This document shows, one piece after another, positions 40,575 through 47,621 of a stretch of 64,000 nucleotides of DNA. The position numbers and the translations under genes are program-made. This DNA comes from an uncultured Candidatus Saccharibacteria bacterium. Its GTDB lineage: Bacteria; Patescibacteriota; Minisyncoccia; Phycocordibacterales; UBA2100. Positions within the stretch are counted from its first letter, which is position 1; the number at the start of each line of letters is the position of its first letter. The stretch is from assembly GCA_964399345.1 (NCBI GenBank), contig CAYNQE010000001.1:17060-81059 (forward strand), read 5' to 3'. Under the pieces are notes generated by a model, which worked only from the letters and a program-made list of their open reading frames with translations, ran no database searches and was not told the DNA's origin.

Positions 40575-40659
40575 GGGCGAGTGGTGAAATTGGTATACAC
40601 GCGTGGTTTAGGACCACGTTCCGCAAGGAGTGGAGGTTCAAGTCCTCTCTCGCCCACCA
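40575..40659 (+). tRNA. tRNA-Leu (anticodon TAG), CCA encoded
   Basis: Acceptor GGGCGAG/CTCGCCC. Anticodon stem CGTGG/CCACG with loop TTTAGGA. Long variable arm. Ends ACCA. Confidence 0.8.
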
Positions 40660-40667
40660 GAATAGAA

Positions 40668-40812
40668 CTTGTCCGCCTACGCACTGGACGTGTCGCCTCG
40701 TTCCACTCAGCAACCTAAATACAAACTCATTCCCTTTCAACTTTTTACGACTCCCCCAGACCCCCACCGCAGGGAAAAGGAAAGGTGAGGAAATGGTTTG
40801 TTTTTTGGTTTA
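40668..40812 (+). repeat. Repeat A: about 145 bp left-flank copy of an inverted repeat pair bracketing the DGR. Begins 9 nt after tRNA-Leu(UAG).
   Basis: The reverse complement of 43553-43690 aligns base-for-base with this segment at about 80% identity, for example cgcctacgca[c/t]tggac...gttccactc...acccccaccgc[a/g]ggg...ggaaatg. Confidence 0.7.
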
Positions 40813-40827
40813 CTACTACGTAGTTAA

Positions 40828-41826
40828 CTACTTATTTAAATGTGTAGAAAGGGAGCGCGTGTACTCTTTTAACTCATAAGCATCTCCATGTCCGAGTAGT
40901 CCCAAGTATGATTGTAAAGTCCATTGTTTGCCATCAACTTCACTAATTCTCTTTAACATTCTTCGTTTTGTTACACTGCGTAGTACACGGTGAGTCGGAA
41001 AGTGAACCCAACCTAGAAAGTCAACTCCTGAGGAGAATGTTTCAATGGAAGTCTTTCGTTTATGCAATTTAAGTTGTAACTCTTCTTTTAGAAACGCACC
41101 TATGCACCGATGTATTTCCAACAACTCTTGTCTGTCTCGCGAAAGAATCACAAAATCGTCAGCATAACGAATATAATATTTAGCTTTCAGTTTGTGTTTA
41201 ACAAACTTATCAAGCTCATTCATATATACATTAACAAAGAGTTGCGAAGTGAGGTTACCAAGTGGTAATCCTTTTCTTTTCTCACCAGAGCTGAAACTCC
41301 CAACAATCTCTTCTAAAAGCGAAATTATATCTTTGTCAGAAATGTGTTTCTTCAAAATATTCATTAAGATAGAGTGGCCAATGGAGGCAAAGAATTTTCG
41401 TATATCGCTTTTAAATACCCAAACTGTTTTCGTGTTGTTCTTTGAAACTTTGTTTACAAAACTGCGAAGCCGATCAATTGCTCTGTGTGTCCCTTTGTTG
41501 TTTCTGCAAGAATATGAGTCAGCGATGAACGTATTGTCAAAATATGGATAGAGTTGTCTATATATTGCATGGTGAAATAGTCTGTCTCGCACGCTTGCCT
41601 TATGAATATTTCTTGGTTTGGGATCGGAAATGTTAAAAGCTTCGTATCTACCGTGCTTGTATGTTTTGTTTTTTAAATCTTGGTGTAATGAAAGTATGTT
41701 ATCCATTAGATGTAATTGGAACTCCTGCACGTCCTTACGTTTTCGTTTACCGTTTAAGAATTCCTTCCACGCACCGAGGAGATTTTCTACACAGATGATA
41801 TCATTGTAGGTATGAACAAATTTCAT
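40828..41826 (-). CDS. DGR-type reverse transcriptase
   Basis: RT motifs KHGRYEAFNISDPKPRNIHKASVRDRLFHHAI (domains 1-2) and YIRYADDFVIL (YADD catalytic box). 332 aa with no maturase or endonuclease domain. A TR/VR pair lies adjacent. Confidence 0.85.
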   Translation of the reverse strand: MKFVHTYNDIICVENLLGAWKEFLNGKRKRKDVQEFQLHLMDNILSLHQDLKNKTYKHGRYEAFNISDPKPRNIHKASVRDRLFHHAIYRQLYPYFDNTFIADSYSCRNNKGTHRAIDRLRSFVNKVSKNNTKTVWVFKSDIRKFFASIGHSILMNILKKHISDKDIISLLEEIVGSFSSGEKRKGLPLGNLTSQLFVNVYMNELDKFVKHKLKAKYYIRYADDFVILSRDRQELLEIHRCIGAFLKEELQLKLHKRKTSIETFSSGVDFLGWVHFPTHRVLRSVTKRRMLKRISEVDGKQWTLQSYLGLLGHGDAYELKEYTRSLSTHLNK

Positions 41827-41890
41827 CCTCAGAATCCTACCCCCCCCCTCAGCGATTTCGCAATCAAAGCTAATTCCCGTTATATTAAAA

Positions 41891-42223
41891 CTGAAAGATG
41901 TATATAGACTATGGCAGGAATATCTTGTTCATTTTCCGAAACAAAATCGCTATACCTTAGGGAGCAAAATTGATGAAGTATTCTTGATTGCTATAGAGTA
42001 CTGTTTTCTTGCCAGCTACGCCCCAAGGGATACTAAAATTATTCATCTCAACCGCTGTATTTCGCGAGTTGACTTGCTCAAACTTCTTTTGCAACTAGCG
42101 TGGGAAATACAAGCTTTAGATACTAAAAAATATACAGTACTTAGTGAGCAACTACAGGAAGTTGGAAGAATGCTTGGTGGGTGGAGAAAGGGGTTGGAAG
42201 TTAAAAACTCCCCACAAAAGTGA
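41891..42223 (+). CDS. avd: Avd-like accessory variability determinant (four-helix-bundle family). It is on the strand opposite the RT. The start is uncertain, with no in-frame ATG. A TTG at 41984 or CTG at 41891 could serve.
   Basis: In-frame translation ...KDVYRLWQEYLVHFPKQNRYTLGSKIDEVFLIAIEY...LLKLLLQLAWEIQALDTKKYTVLSEQLQEVGRMLGGWRKGL matches Avd/'23S rRNA intervening sequence protein' family features (WQ...FPK.E.Y.LGSQI and ...EV.KML.GL). Confidence 0.5.
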   Translation: MKDVYRLWQEYLVHFPKQNRYTLGSKIDEVFLIAIEYCFLASYAPRDTKIIHLNRCISRVDLLKLLLQLAWEIQALDTKKYTVLSEQLQEVGRMLGGWRKGLEVKNSPQK

Positions 42224-42235
42224 GGAGAAATATGT

Positions 42236-42351
42236 GCAGTAGCTAAAGACACGGTTGCCAGCATTCCAGACATTGCCGTCAAGCGGATTCGCATTGAAGT
42301 TCCACTTGGAATCGTCGGAGTTCCAGTTCGCGTTGACCACGAAGCCTTCAC
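42236..42351 (-). repeat. DGR template repeat (TR), 116 bp
   Basis: Collinear with VR 42686-42801 and no indels. 13 of 14 internal mismatches lie at TR positions that are A on the minus (coding-sense) strand. Confidence 0.8.
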
Positions 42352-42607
42352 TCGTAATGTGACCAATACCATCTGTACCACCACCCATTGAATATTCTCT
42401 GGGCTGTATATTATTCAGGACGTTATAAATCCTTCAGTATCAATCACCAACTGCATTTATTTTTTCAGAGATACAACAGATATACTCTTGGAGAAACCAT
42501 AGTCTAACTCCAACTCTGACATTTGTTTTACCTAAAGCTTCTTGCCCGAGCCATAACCAGAACATAATAAAAACTTCGTTTTGCAGTATAGCAAAATCCC
42601 TTATGTG

Positions 42608-42648
42608 TAAAAATAGCCCCTCAAACGCTTGAAGCGTCAAAGGGGCTA
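42608..42648 (-). terminator. Rho-independent terminator for the DGR target transcript
   Basis: Nested hairpin agcccct...acgcttgaagcgt...aggggct followed by an ATTTTTA run on the minus strand. Confidence 0.5.
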
Positions 42649-42655
42649 AGGGACA

Positions 42656-42678
42656 AAGGACTGAAGGACTCAGTCCTT
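42656..42678 (-). promoter_or_regulatory. DGR VR-proximal hairpin (9-bp stem, 5-nt loop), 4 nt downstream of the target stop codon
   Basis: aaggactga-aggac-tcagtcctt is perfectly self-complementary. Its position relative to the VR matches the hairpin/cruciform that supports retrohoming in characterised DGRs. Confidence 0.6.
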
Positions 42679-42682
42679 AGGT

Positions 42683-43288
42683 TCAGCAGTTGCTAAAGAC
42701 ACGGCTGCCAGCAGGCCAGACAAAGCCGTCAAGCGGACTCGCACTGAAGTACCACTTGGAACCGTCGGAGTCCCAGATCGCGATGAACACGAAGCCTCCA
42801 CGGGGCTTGTTCACGTCAGGAACGAAGAAGAACAAGTTAGCAGCATAGTTTTCAACCAACAGGTCGCCTTCCGCTTCGCCACTTGGCTGTAGAGCAGTTA
42901 AACTGTCCATATGTGCCAGTAGAACCCTGATATCGCGATATATGGATTCAGGATATTCCTTCATAATATCCCACTCTCTCGTTTGAGTTTCCAGTTTGCG
43001 ATAGTGAGTCGCGATTTCAGGAACTGAAGCAATCGGTTTCGCCACCGGCAAAATTAGACTTGCCATATTCGGCGACGACCAACGTCCTTCTTTGCGAGTC
43101 TTGAAAGCGGTTTTTGGCACAAACTTTTTGGTTCGTGCCGGAATGACTGCCCCTTTCTTGAGTTCGCCCAGCTGAGAGACGGCCACAATTTTTGTCCGCC
43201 CAGCAAGCAATGCGTCAATACCCACCTCTCCACCGTGGATATTCCAGACTGCCTGTATTCGGTCGGGAGTTTTGTTAGCTTTTGACAT
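42683..43288 (-). CDS. DGR target (variable) protein, 201 aa, with a C-terminal CLec-like variable region and no signal peptide
   Basis: Carries the VR. C-terminal W..DGSKW.F.......DG.VW.AGSRV pattern. GC content is visibly higher than the flanking genes. Confidence 0.7.
   Translation of the reverse strand: MSKANKTPDRIQAVWNIHGGEVGIDALLAGRTKIVAVSQLGELKKGAVIPARTKKFVPKTAFKTRKEGRWSSPNMASLILPVAKPIASVPEIATHYRKLETQTREWDIMKEYPESIYRDIRVLLAHMDSLTALQPSGEAEGDLLVENYAANLFFFVPDVNKPRGGFVFIAIWDSDGSKWYFSASPLDGFVWPAGSRVFSNC
42686..42801 (-). repeat. DGR variable repeat (VR) at the 3' end of the target gene
   Basis: Same alignment as listed for the TR. The VR encodes the C-terminal ...FVFIAIWDSDGSKWYFSASPLDGFVWPAGSRVFSNC. 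The TR in the same frame reads Asn-rich ...VVNANWNSDDSKWNFNANPLDGNVWNAGNRVFSYC. Confidence 0.8.
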
Positions 43289-43552
43289 TGTCTTCTCCTT
43301 TATCCGTATAGGATATTAAGGTACACCTTTGCCCGTATAGAACAAAAGTACTAGACCGTGTGGTCTTAGCTACAAACAACCGAAATTTCGGTAACTTGTA
43401 GCTAGGACCAACAAATATTATGTAAATGAACTTCATGCATATTATACCACACTTCGTGGAGTATGCAAGACTAACTTCGCAAATCACGAAAAACAGAGAG
43501 CTCGTACGCTTTGCGTATAAGAGAACTGTTTTGTAGTGACGCAGCGAACCCG

Positions 43553-43690
43553 AAAAACAAACACATTTCCTTCTTTCTTCTTTCCCCGCGGTGGGGGTAT
43601 GGGGGAAGCCGTAAAAAATTGAAAGGAAATGTTTTGTTTTTTGGTCGCCGAGTGGAACAAGGCGGTAAGTCCAATGCGTAGGCGTATGTT
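43553..43690 (-). repeat. Repeat B: right-flank inverted copy of repeat A. It contains an internal 20-bp-arm palindrome (43559-43580 and 43625-43644).
   Basis: Same alignment as listed for repeat A. Arms cccgaaaaacaaacacatttcc and ggaaatgttttgttttttgg are near-perfect reverse complements. Confidence 0.7.
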
Positions 43691-43806
43691 TAGAGATGCC
43701 ACAGATTCGGCGCGTGAGATTAGTGTTTGCTTTGAAAATAGGTTCTACCTTGGTGAAATAGACGCACAAATAAGTAAAAACGCACCTTACAGGTGCGTTT
43801 TTACTT

Positions 43807-44040
43807 TTAGATTCCAAACGTACTTTTTATAATACCTAGTATTCCAAAGACGGACGCCATAATGAAGATCCCTAATACTCCATATATCATATGCTGAACC
43901 CCTTCAGATCTTTTATCAGGACTATTCATGTTCAGCAAAAAGATCACGAGACCCCAGGTGAACATAAAAACTCCGGCTGCGAATATAACTAGTATTAAAG
44001 GATTAATTATTGAATCAACAATTTTATCCATTACCTCCAT
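43807..44040 (-). CDS. Small two-TM secreted protein, T4SS-pilin-like. Tandem paralog 1 of 5.
   Basis: Two hydrophobic helices. Shares a conserved C-terminal stretch with the other four tandem paralogs (compare 44043-44387 and 44481-44798). Confidence 0.4.
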   Translation of the reverse strand: MEVMDKIVDSIINPLILVIFAAGVFMFTWGLVIFLLNMNSPDKRSEGVQHMIYGVLGIFIMASVFGILGIIKSTFGI

Positions 44041-44042
44041 GC

Positions 44043-44387
44043 CTATCTCCTAATTTCCTTAGGAACAATTGGGGCTGAGCCCGTTACCTCAAATGTCTCT
44101 TGTAGTATTCGAATAATTCCCCAGATACTTACCATAACGAATATCGCTATAATTCCCATAAACATTTGGTTTATGGCCTTTCCTTTTGCCTCTGAATCGT
44201 CAGACTTTAATATATAGCTAGCCAATCCCCAAAAGAAATATAAAACGGCAAGAGCCAAAATTATTGGGATGATTCCGTTTATAATACCGCTAATTGTGTT
44301 TAATGTATTTCCAAGAGTAACGGCGGATGCTGTTGTAGGCATCATTACTGCAACTCCGGTTAATATAAGTGCGTTTATTTTTTGCAT
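44043..44387 (-). CDS. Small two-TM secreted protein, T4SS-pilin-like. Tandem paralog 2 of 5.
   Basis: Signal peptide then two TM helices. Conserved ...VMVSIWGIIRILQ tail shared with paralog 3. Confidence 0.45.
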   Translation of the reverse strand: MQKINALILTGVAVMMPTTASAVTLGNTLNTISGIINGIIPIILALAVLYFFWGLASYILKSDDSEAKGKAINQMFMGIIAIFVMVSIWGIIRILQETFEVTGSAPIVPKEIRR

Positions 44388-44480
44388 TGTATGTTAATAA
44401 AACTAATAAAATACGTTTGAATGTACTTACCTATATGGTAGCACCGTTACTAGTAGATTTAATATATTTTGGGGATATCG

Positions 44481-44798
44481 TTAAAGACCACCAAAAAGAG
44501 TCGACTGAAGTATTCGGATGATTCCCCATATACTTACCATAACGAAAAGAATAATAACCCCCCAAACCATAGAATCCTTGAGCTCTTTTTTCTTCTCCGC
44601 AGAGTCTGCATCGTAATTAAATAGTCCTGAGGCTACTCTCCAGAAGAAGAACGCAAGAGCAAGGCTAAATAATGCAGTGGTTGCTAGATTAAGCATGTCC
44701 ACTGCCCAATACGAAAGTTCCTTAAATGTTTTTGCAGCAGCAAATGAGACCTCAAAACTTAAAAGGAAAGTTGCTACGATAAAAAAAAGATTTTTCAT
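44481..44798 (-). CDS. Small two-TM secreted protein, T4SS-pilin-like. Tandem paralog 3 of 5.
   Basis: Signal peptide then two TM helices. ...VMVSIWGIIRILQ tail. Confidence 0.45.
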   Translation of the reverse strand: MKNLFFIVATFLLSFEVSFAAAKTFKELSYWAVDMLNLATTALFSLALAFFFWRVASGLFNYDADSAEKKKELKDSMVWGVIILFVMVSIWGIIRILQSTLFGGL

Positions 44799-44799
44799 A

Positions 44800-45159
44800 T
44801 TAAACAGCTAGAATTGGATCAATCGTTCCCTTAATTAAAGTAGCTAAGGCAAACGCGCCAAGAAGTAATGCCACTCCTATAACTACCCATAAGAAGTTAC
44901 TTTTTGCCTCCCCAAGTTTATCTGAGTTTCCTCGTGCCATTACAAACAAAAATCCTGAATATACTATGAACAATACTGCTACTGGAAATAGTATTTGTGT
45001 AACCACATTCAAAAATGCTTCTGTGAAGCCAGCTACGGTATCTAGGCCGTTGCATAATGGGTTTTGAAACCCTTTTCCCCCTCCTCTGGAACAAGCGGCA
45101 GAAACAACTCCTGGAACGGACAAAAGAAACATAGATGTAGAGAACAATATTTTTTTCAT
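44800..45159 (-). CDS. Small two-TM secreted protein, T4SS-pilin-like. Tandem paralog 4 of 5.
   Basis: Signal peptide, Cys-containing segment, two TM helices. Confidence 0.4.
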   Translation of the reverse strand: MKKILFSTSMFLLSVPGVVSAACSRGGGKGFQNPLCNGLDTVAGFTEAFLNVVTQILFPVAVLFIVYSGFLFVMARGNSDKLGEAKSNFLWVVIGVALLLGAFALATLIKGTIDPILAV

Positions 45160-45171
45160 ATAAATATAATA

Positions 45172-45543
45172 TCACTTTTTATACAAAGCGTATAAAAGGA
45201 ATGCGGATATAACTACTAAAAGTGCTGACGAGGTTAATCCACTGAGCGTGTTGCCAACAAGTTGTGCTATCGCCCAAAGAGCTAAGAATACGGTTCCTCC
45301 TATTAACGTGGTGAGTGCCATTGATTTTGCTTTCGTAAGACCTGCGGGATTGCCTTGTGCTGAGACAAACAAAAACCCTGTCCACACTATTAACACTATT
45401 AATGCAGGAGTACCCACATAGATAACTCCATTAACGAAAGCTTCTAAGATTTCTCTTACAAATCTAAGGAGTAAAGGGTTTTCAAAAGTAGCAGCACTTA
45501 CTATCCCCGGTAGAAAAAGAACGGCTAAATATATTAATCTCAT
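45172..45543 (-). CDS. Small two-TM secreted protein, T4SS-pilin-like. Tandem paralog 5 of 5.
   Basis: Signal peptide and two TM helices, similar to paralog 4. Confidence 0.4.
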   Translation of the reverse strand: MRLIYLAVLFLPGIVSAATFENPLLLRFVREILEAFVNGVIYVGTPALIVLIVWTGFLFVSAQGNPAGLTKAKSMALTTLIGGTVFLALWAIAQLVGNTLSGLTSSALLVVISAFLLYALYKK

Positions 45544-46847
45544 TTAATTAAATTATTTAACTCCTGACTTGCTCTTCCAATAGAGTCAGACAACTTAGTA
45601 GCACCTGAGGTAACATCACCAACCATTCTTCTAAAGATCCTCGTTGTTTCTTCAGAATTTGGATCAAACCAAGCACGACTTAGTAGTGCTGCGTTGCGAA
45701 AGATTAAAAGTAGAGGATCATCCGGGGTTTTGCTTAACAGATCTCTTCTTGGCGACGCCGTTGAATTTATCTGTGCAAAAACCTCTGACGCCTCTCTTCC
45801 TGACATAAATTTAGCCATCTCCTCGCCCCCATAGGAGTTAACTGCAACTTTAGGTACCGCAAGGGCGTGTAGCTTGCCGTAGGTCATTACGCGCTTCTGC
45901 TCCCCTGTTCGTATTTGTGGTAGAGGTGCCACATCAAAATTCAAATGTGCATTCTTGGCTTGAATGGTTTTAACATCGCTGGCGTAACCTATGTAGATTG
46001 CCAATTTGCCTTGAGCAAAAGAATCCAGTGAGCTTGGAAGGGATCTATTCCAGGTATATACAGTTTTTACTGGGTTCGCAAATTCTGTAAAGAATCGTAA
46101 TGCGGTTTGAGTAGGGTTTATTTCGTTTGCTCCCTCTCTTACAGTCACATCAACATAGAGTCCTGACTCGTTGAAGCCAACTATGTCCCCTCCTGCCTGC
46201 ATTATTAGAGTGGAGATTATGTCCTTGGCGTGAGTTACGTTATCAAACTCTCCAAATGCAACTGTGGCAATTTCAATATTATTTGAATTATCTCTTTTGG
46301 TTATCCTCTCGGATAACAGAAAGAATTCATCCCAAAAACTTGGTGGTTGCGAGAAGCCGTTTTGTGCAAATATATCCCTGTTCCAATACATAACAAGTGA
46401 GTCCACAGAAAAAGGTAACCCTCGTATACCCTCACTACTTAAAAACATTTCTGCCTCTTCTATATATGTATCCTTATATTCCCTCTCAGGTATATCTTCA
46501 TAACTAAACTTAGAAACTTTATCCCAATGCCTTACAAGATTTGATTGATCTAGGATAAAAAGGTCAGGACCACTGCCGTCTGCAAGGGCTTCAGCCAACC
46601 TAGACTGGAAAACATCTGCCGGAATTTCCTCATAAAATACATTCTCTACCCTATTATCAATATCGTTTAGGGTTTGTAGATAGGTTTCCATAAGGTTTCT
46701 GTCAAAACTTCCCCACATTAAAACTTCTCCGATTGGCCTTTCTCCTTTTCCACCGGAAAATGTGGCGAAGGCAAAAACTGCCGCAATTATAAAAAAGGCG
46801 AATACTCCGAATACAATTGTTTGAAATGGGCTTTTTTTCTCTGGCAT
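45540..46847 (-). CDS. Extracellular solute-binding protein (ABC transporter family-1-like)
   Basis: N-terminal TM/signal anchor. Periplasmic binding-protein-like fold features (GSGPDLFILDQSNL, WDEFF). Confidence 0.6.
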   Translation of the reverse strand: MPEKKSPFQTIVFGVFAFFIIAAVFAFATFSGGKGERPIGEVLMWGSFDRNLMETYLQTLNDIDNRVENVFYEEIPADVFQSRLAEALADGSGPDLFILDQSNLVRHWDKVSKFSYEDIPEREYKDTYIEEAEMFLSSEGIRGLPFSVDSLVMYWNRDIFAQNGFSQPPSFWDEFFLLSERITKRDNSNNIEIATVAFGEFDNVTHAKDIISTLIMQAGGDIVGFNESGLYVDVTVREGANEINPTQTALRFFTEFANPVKTVYTWNRSLPSSLDSFAQGKLAIYIGYASDVKTIQAKNAHLNFDVAPLPQIRTGEQKRVMTYGKLHALAVPKVAVNSYGGEEMAKFMSGREASEVFAQINSTASPRRDLLSKTPDDPLLLIFRNAALLSRAWFDPNSEETTRIFRRMVGDVTSGATKLSDSIGRASQELNNLIK

Positions 46848-46851
46848 AAAA

Positions 46852-47583
46852 TTAAATTACTTCTTGTTCTACTGTTTTAGAAATAAATTCCTCTTCTTTT
46901 TCTTTTACTTCTGCCATGGTTTCTTCAATTCTCTCATCTCTTCTCATCTTTATATACAGTATTCCGTAATGGTGCTCTCCTGCATCAAAATCTCCCTTAA
47001 AAGCAAAGTTATTATCTGTGCAAATTAAATTCGCCTCCGACTGAGTTAATATGTTGCTTGCTCGCGGACCTAGTCCACCATAAGAGTCAGTCCAATCTAT
47101 TACCGCCAAAACTCCGCCCGGCTTTAAAACCCGCCAAGCTTCCTTTATTGTACCTATTTTATCACCTACTTGGAAAAGTGTGTTTGATAACAACACTCCA
47201 TCTAGTGTTTCGTCTCGAAGTCCAATTCCACGAGCTTCTTCAATATTTCCCCATACTATCTCGACATTATCTAAACCACTCTCTTCTGCGTGGTTTTCAA
47301 TTCTGGTTAGCAAATCTTTTTGAACGTCTACTGCGTAGACCTTCTTAACCATCTTTGATAACGCAAGCGTGTACACACCAGAGCCCGATCCAAAATCAGC
47401 AACTTCGTCTGTACTTTTAAAACCAAGTTCGCGAATATTCTTACTTGGATCTGAGAAAGTCGGTTTTGGCAATGATACGGGCTTTGCAGCAACTCCACCT
47501 TGAGAAATTTTTTTGTCTCCTTCAAGAACAATTGATGAAGTACCCCTCTGCCCATTAGTGGCTGTAGTGATTTTAGCGTCCAT
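46852..47583 (-). CDS. Class I SAM-dependent methyltransferase
   Basis: Motif I VADFGSGSGVYT and acidic post-I motif VYAVDV. Confidence 0.75.
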   Translation of the reverse strand: MDAKITTATNGQRGTSSIVLEGDKKISQGGVAAKPVSLPKPTFSDPSKNIRELGFKSTDEVADFGSGSGVYTLALSKMVKKVYAVDVQKDLLTRIENHAEESGLDNVEIVWGNIEEARGIGLRDETLDGVLLSNTLFQVGDKIGTIKEAWRVLKPGGVLAVIDWTDSYGGLGPRASNILTQSEANLICTDNNFAFKGDFDAGEHHYGILYIKMRRDERIEETMAEVKEKEEEFISKTVEQEVI

Positions 47584-47621
47584 GTACGACTATTATACCG
47601 TACGTAAGTGAGGAGAATCTG

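Noticed and set aside
40550-40879. 109-aa + ORF (…PTHWTCRLVPL…FPFNFLRLPQTPTAGK…), and the similar peptides in ORFs 43275-43817, 43471-43674 and 43484-43702
   Set aside because: These ORFs run through tRNA-Leu(UAG) and the inverted-repeat elements A and B. The recurring peptide strings are translations of the repeated DNA, not paralogous proteins.
42043-42384. 113-aa minus-strand ORF overlapping the TR and the Avd-like frame
   Set aside because: Low-complexity Ser/Thr/Leu translation of the TR in a wrong frame. It overlaps the better-supported Avd-like frame on the other strand.
42152-42388. 78-aa minus-strand ORF rich in Asn (…VVNANWNSDDSKWNFNANPLDGNVWNAGNRVFSYC)
   Set aside because: This is the DGR template repeat read in the target-gene frame. 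Its A-rich codons are the template adenines. It is not a separate protein-coding gene.
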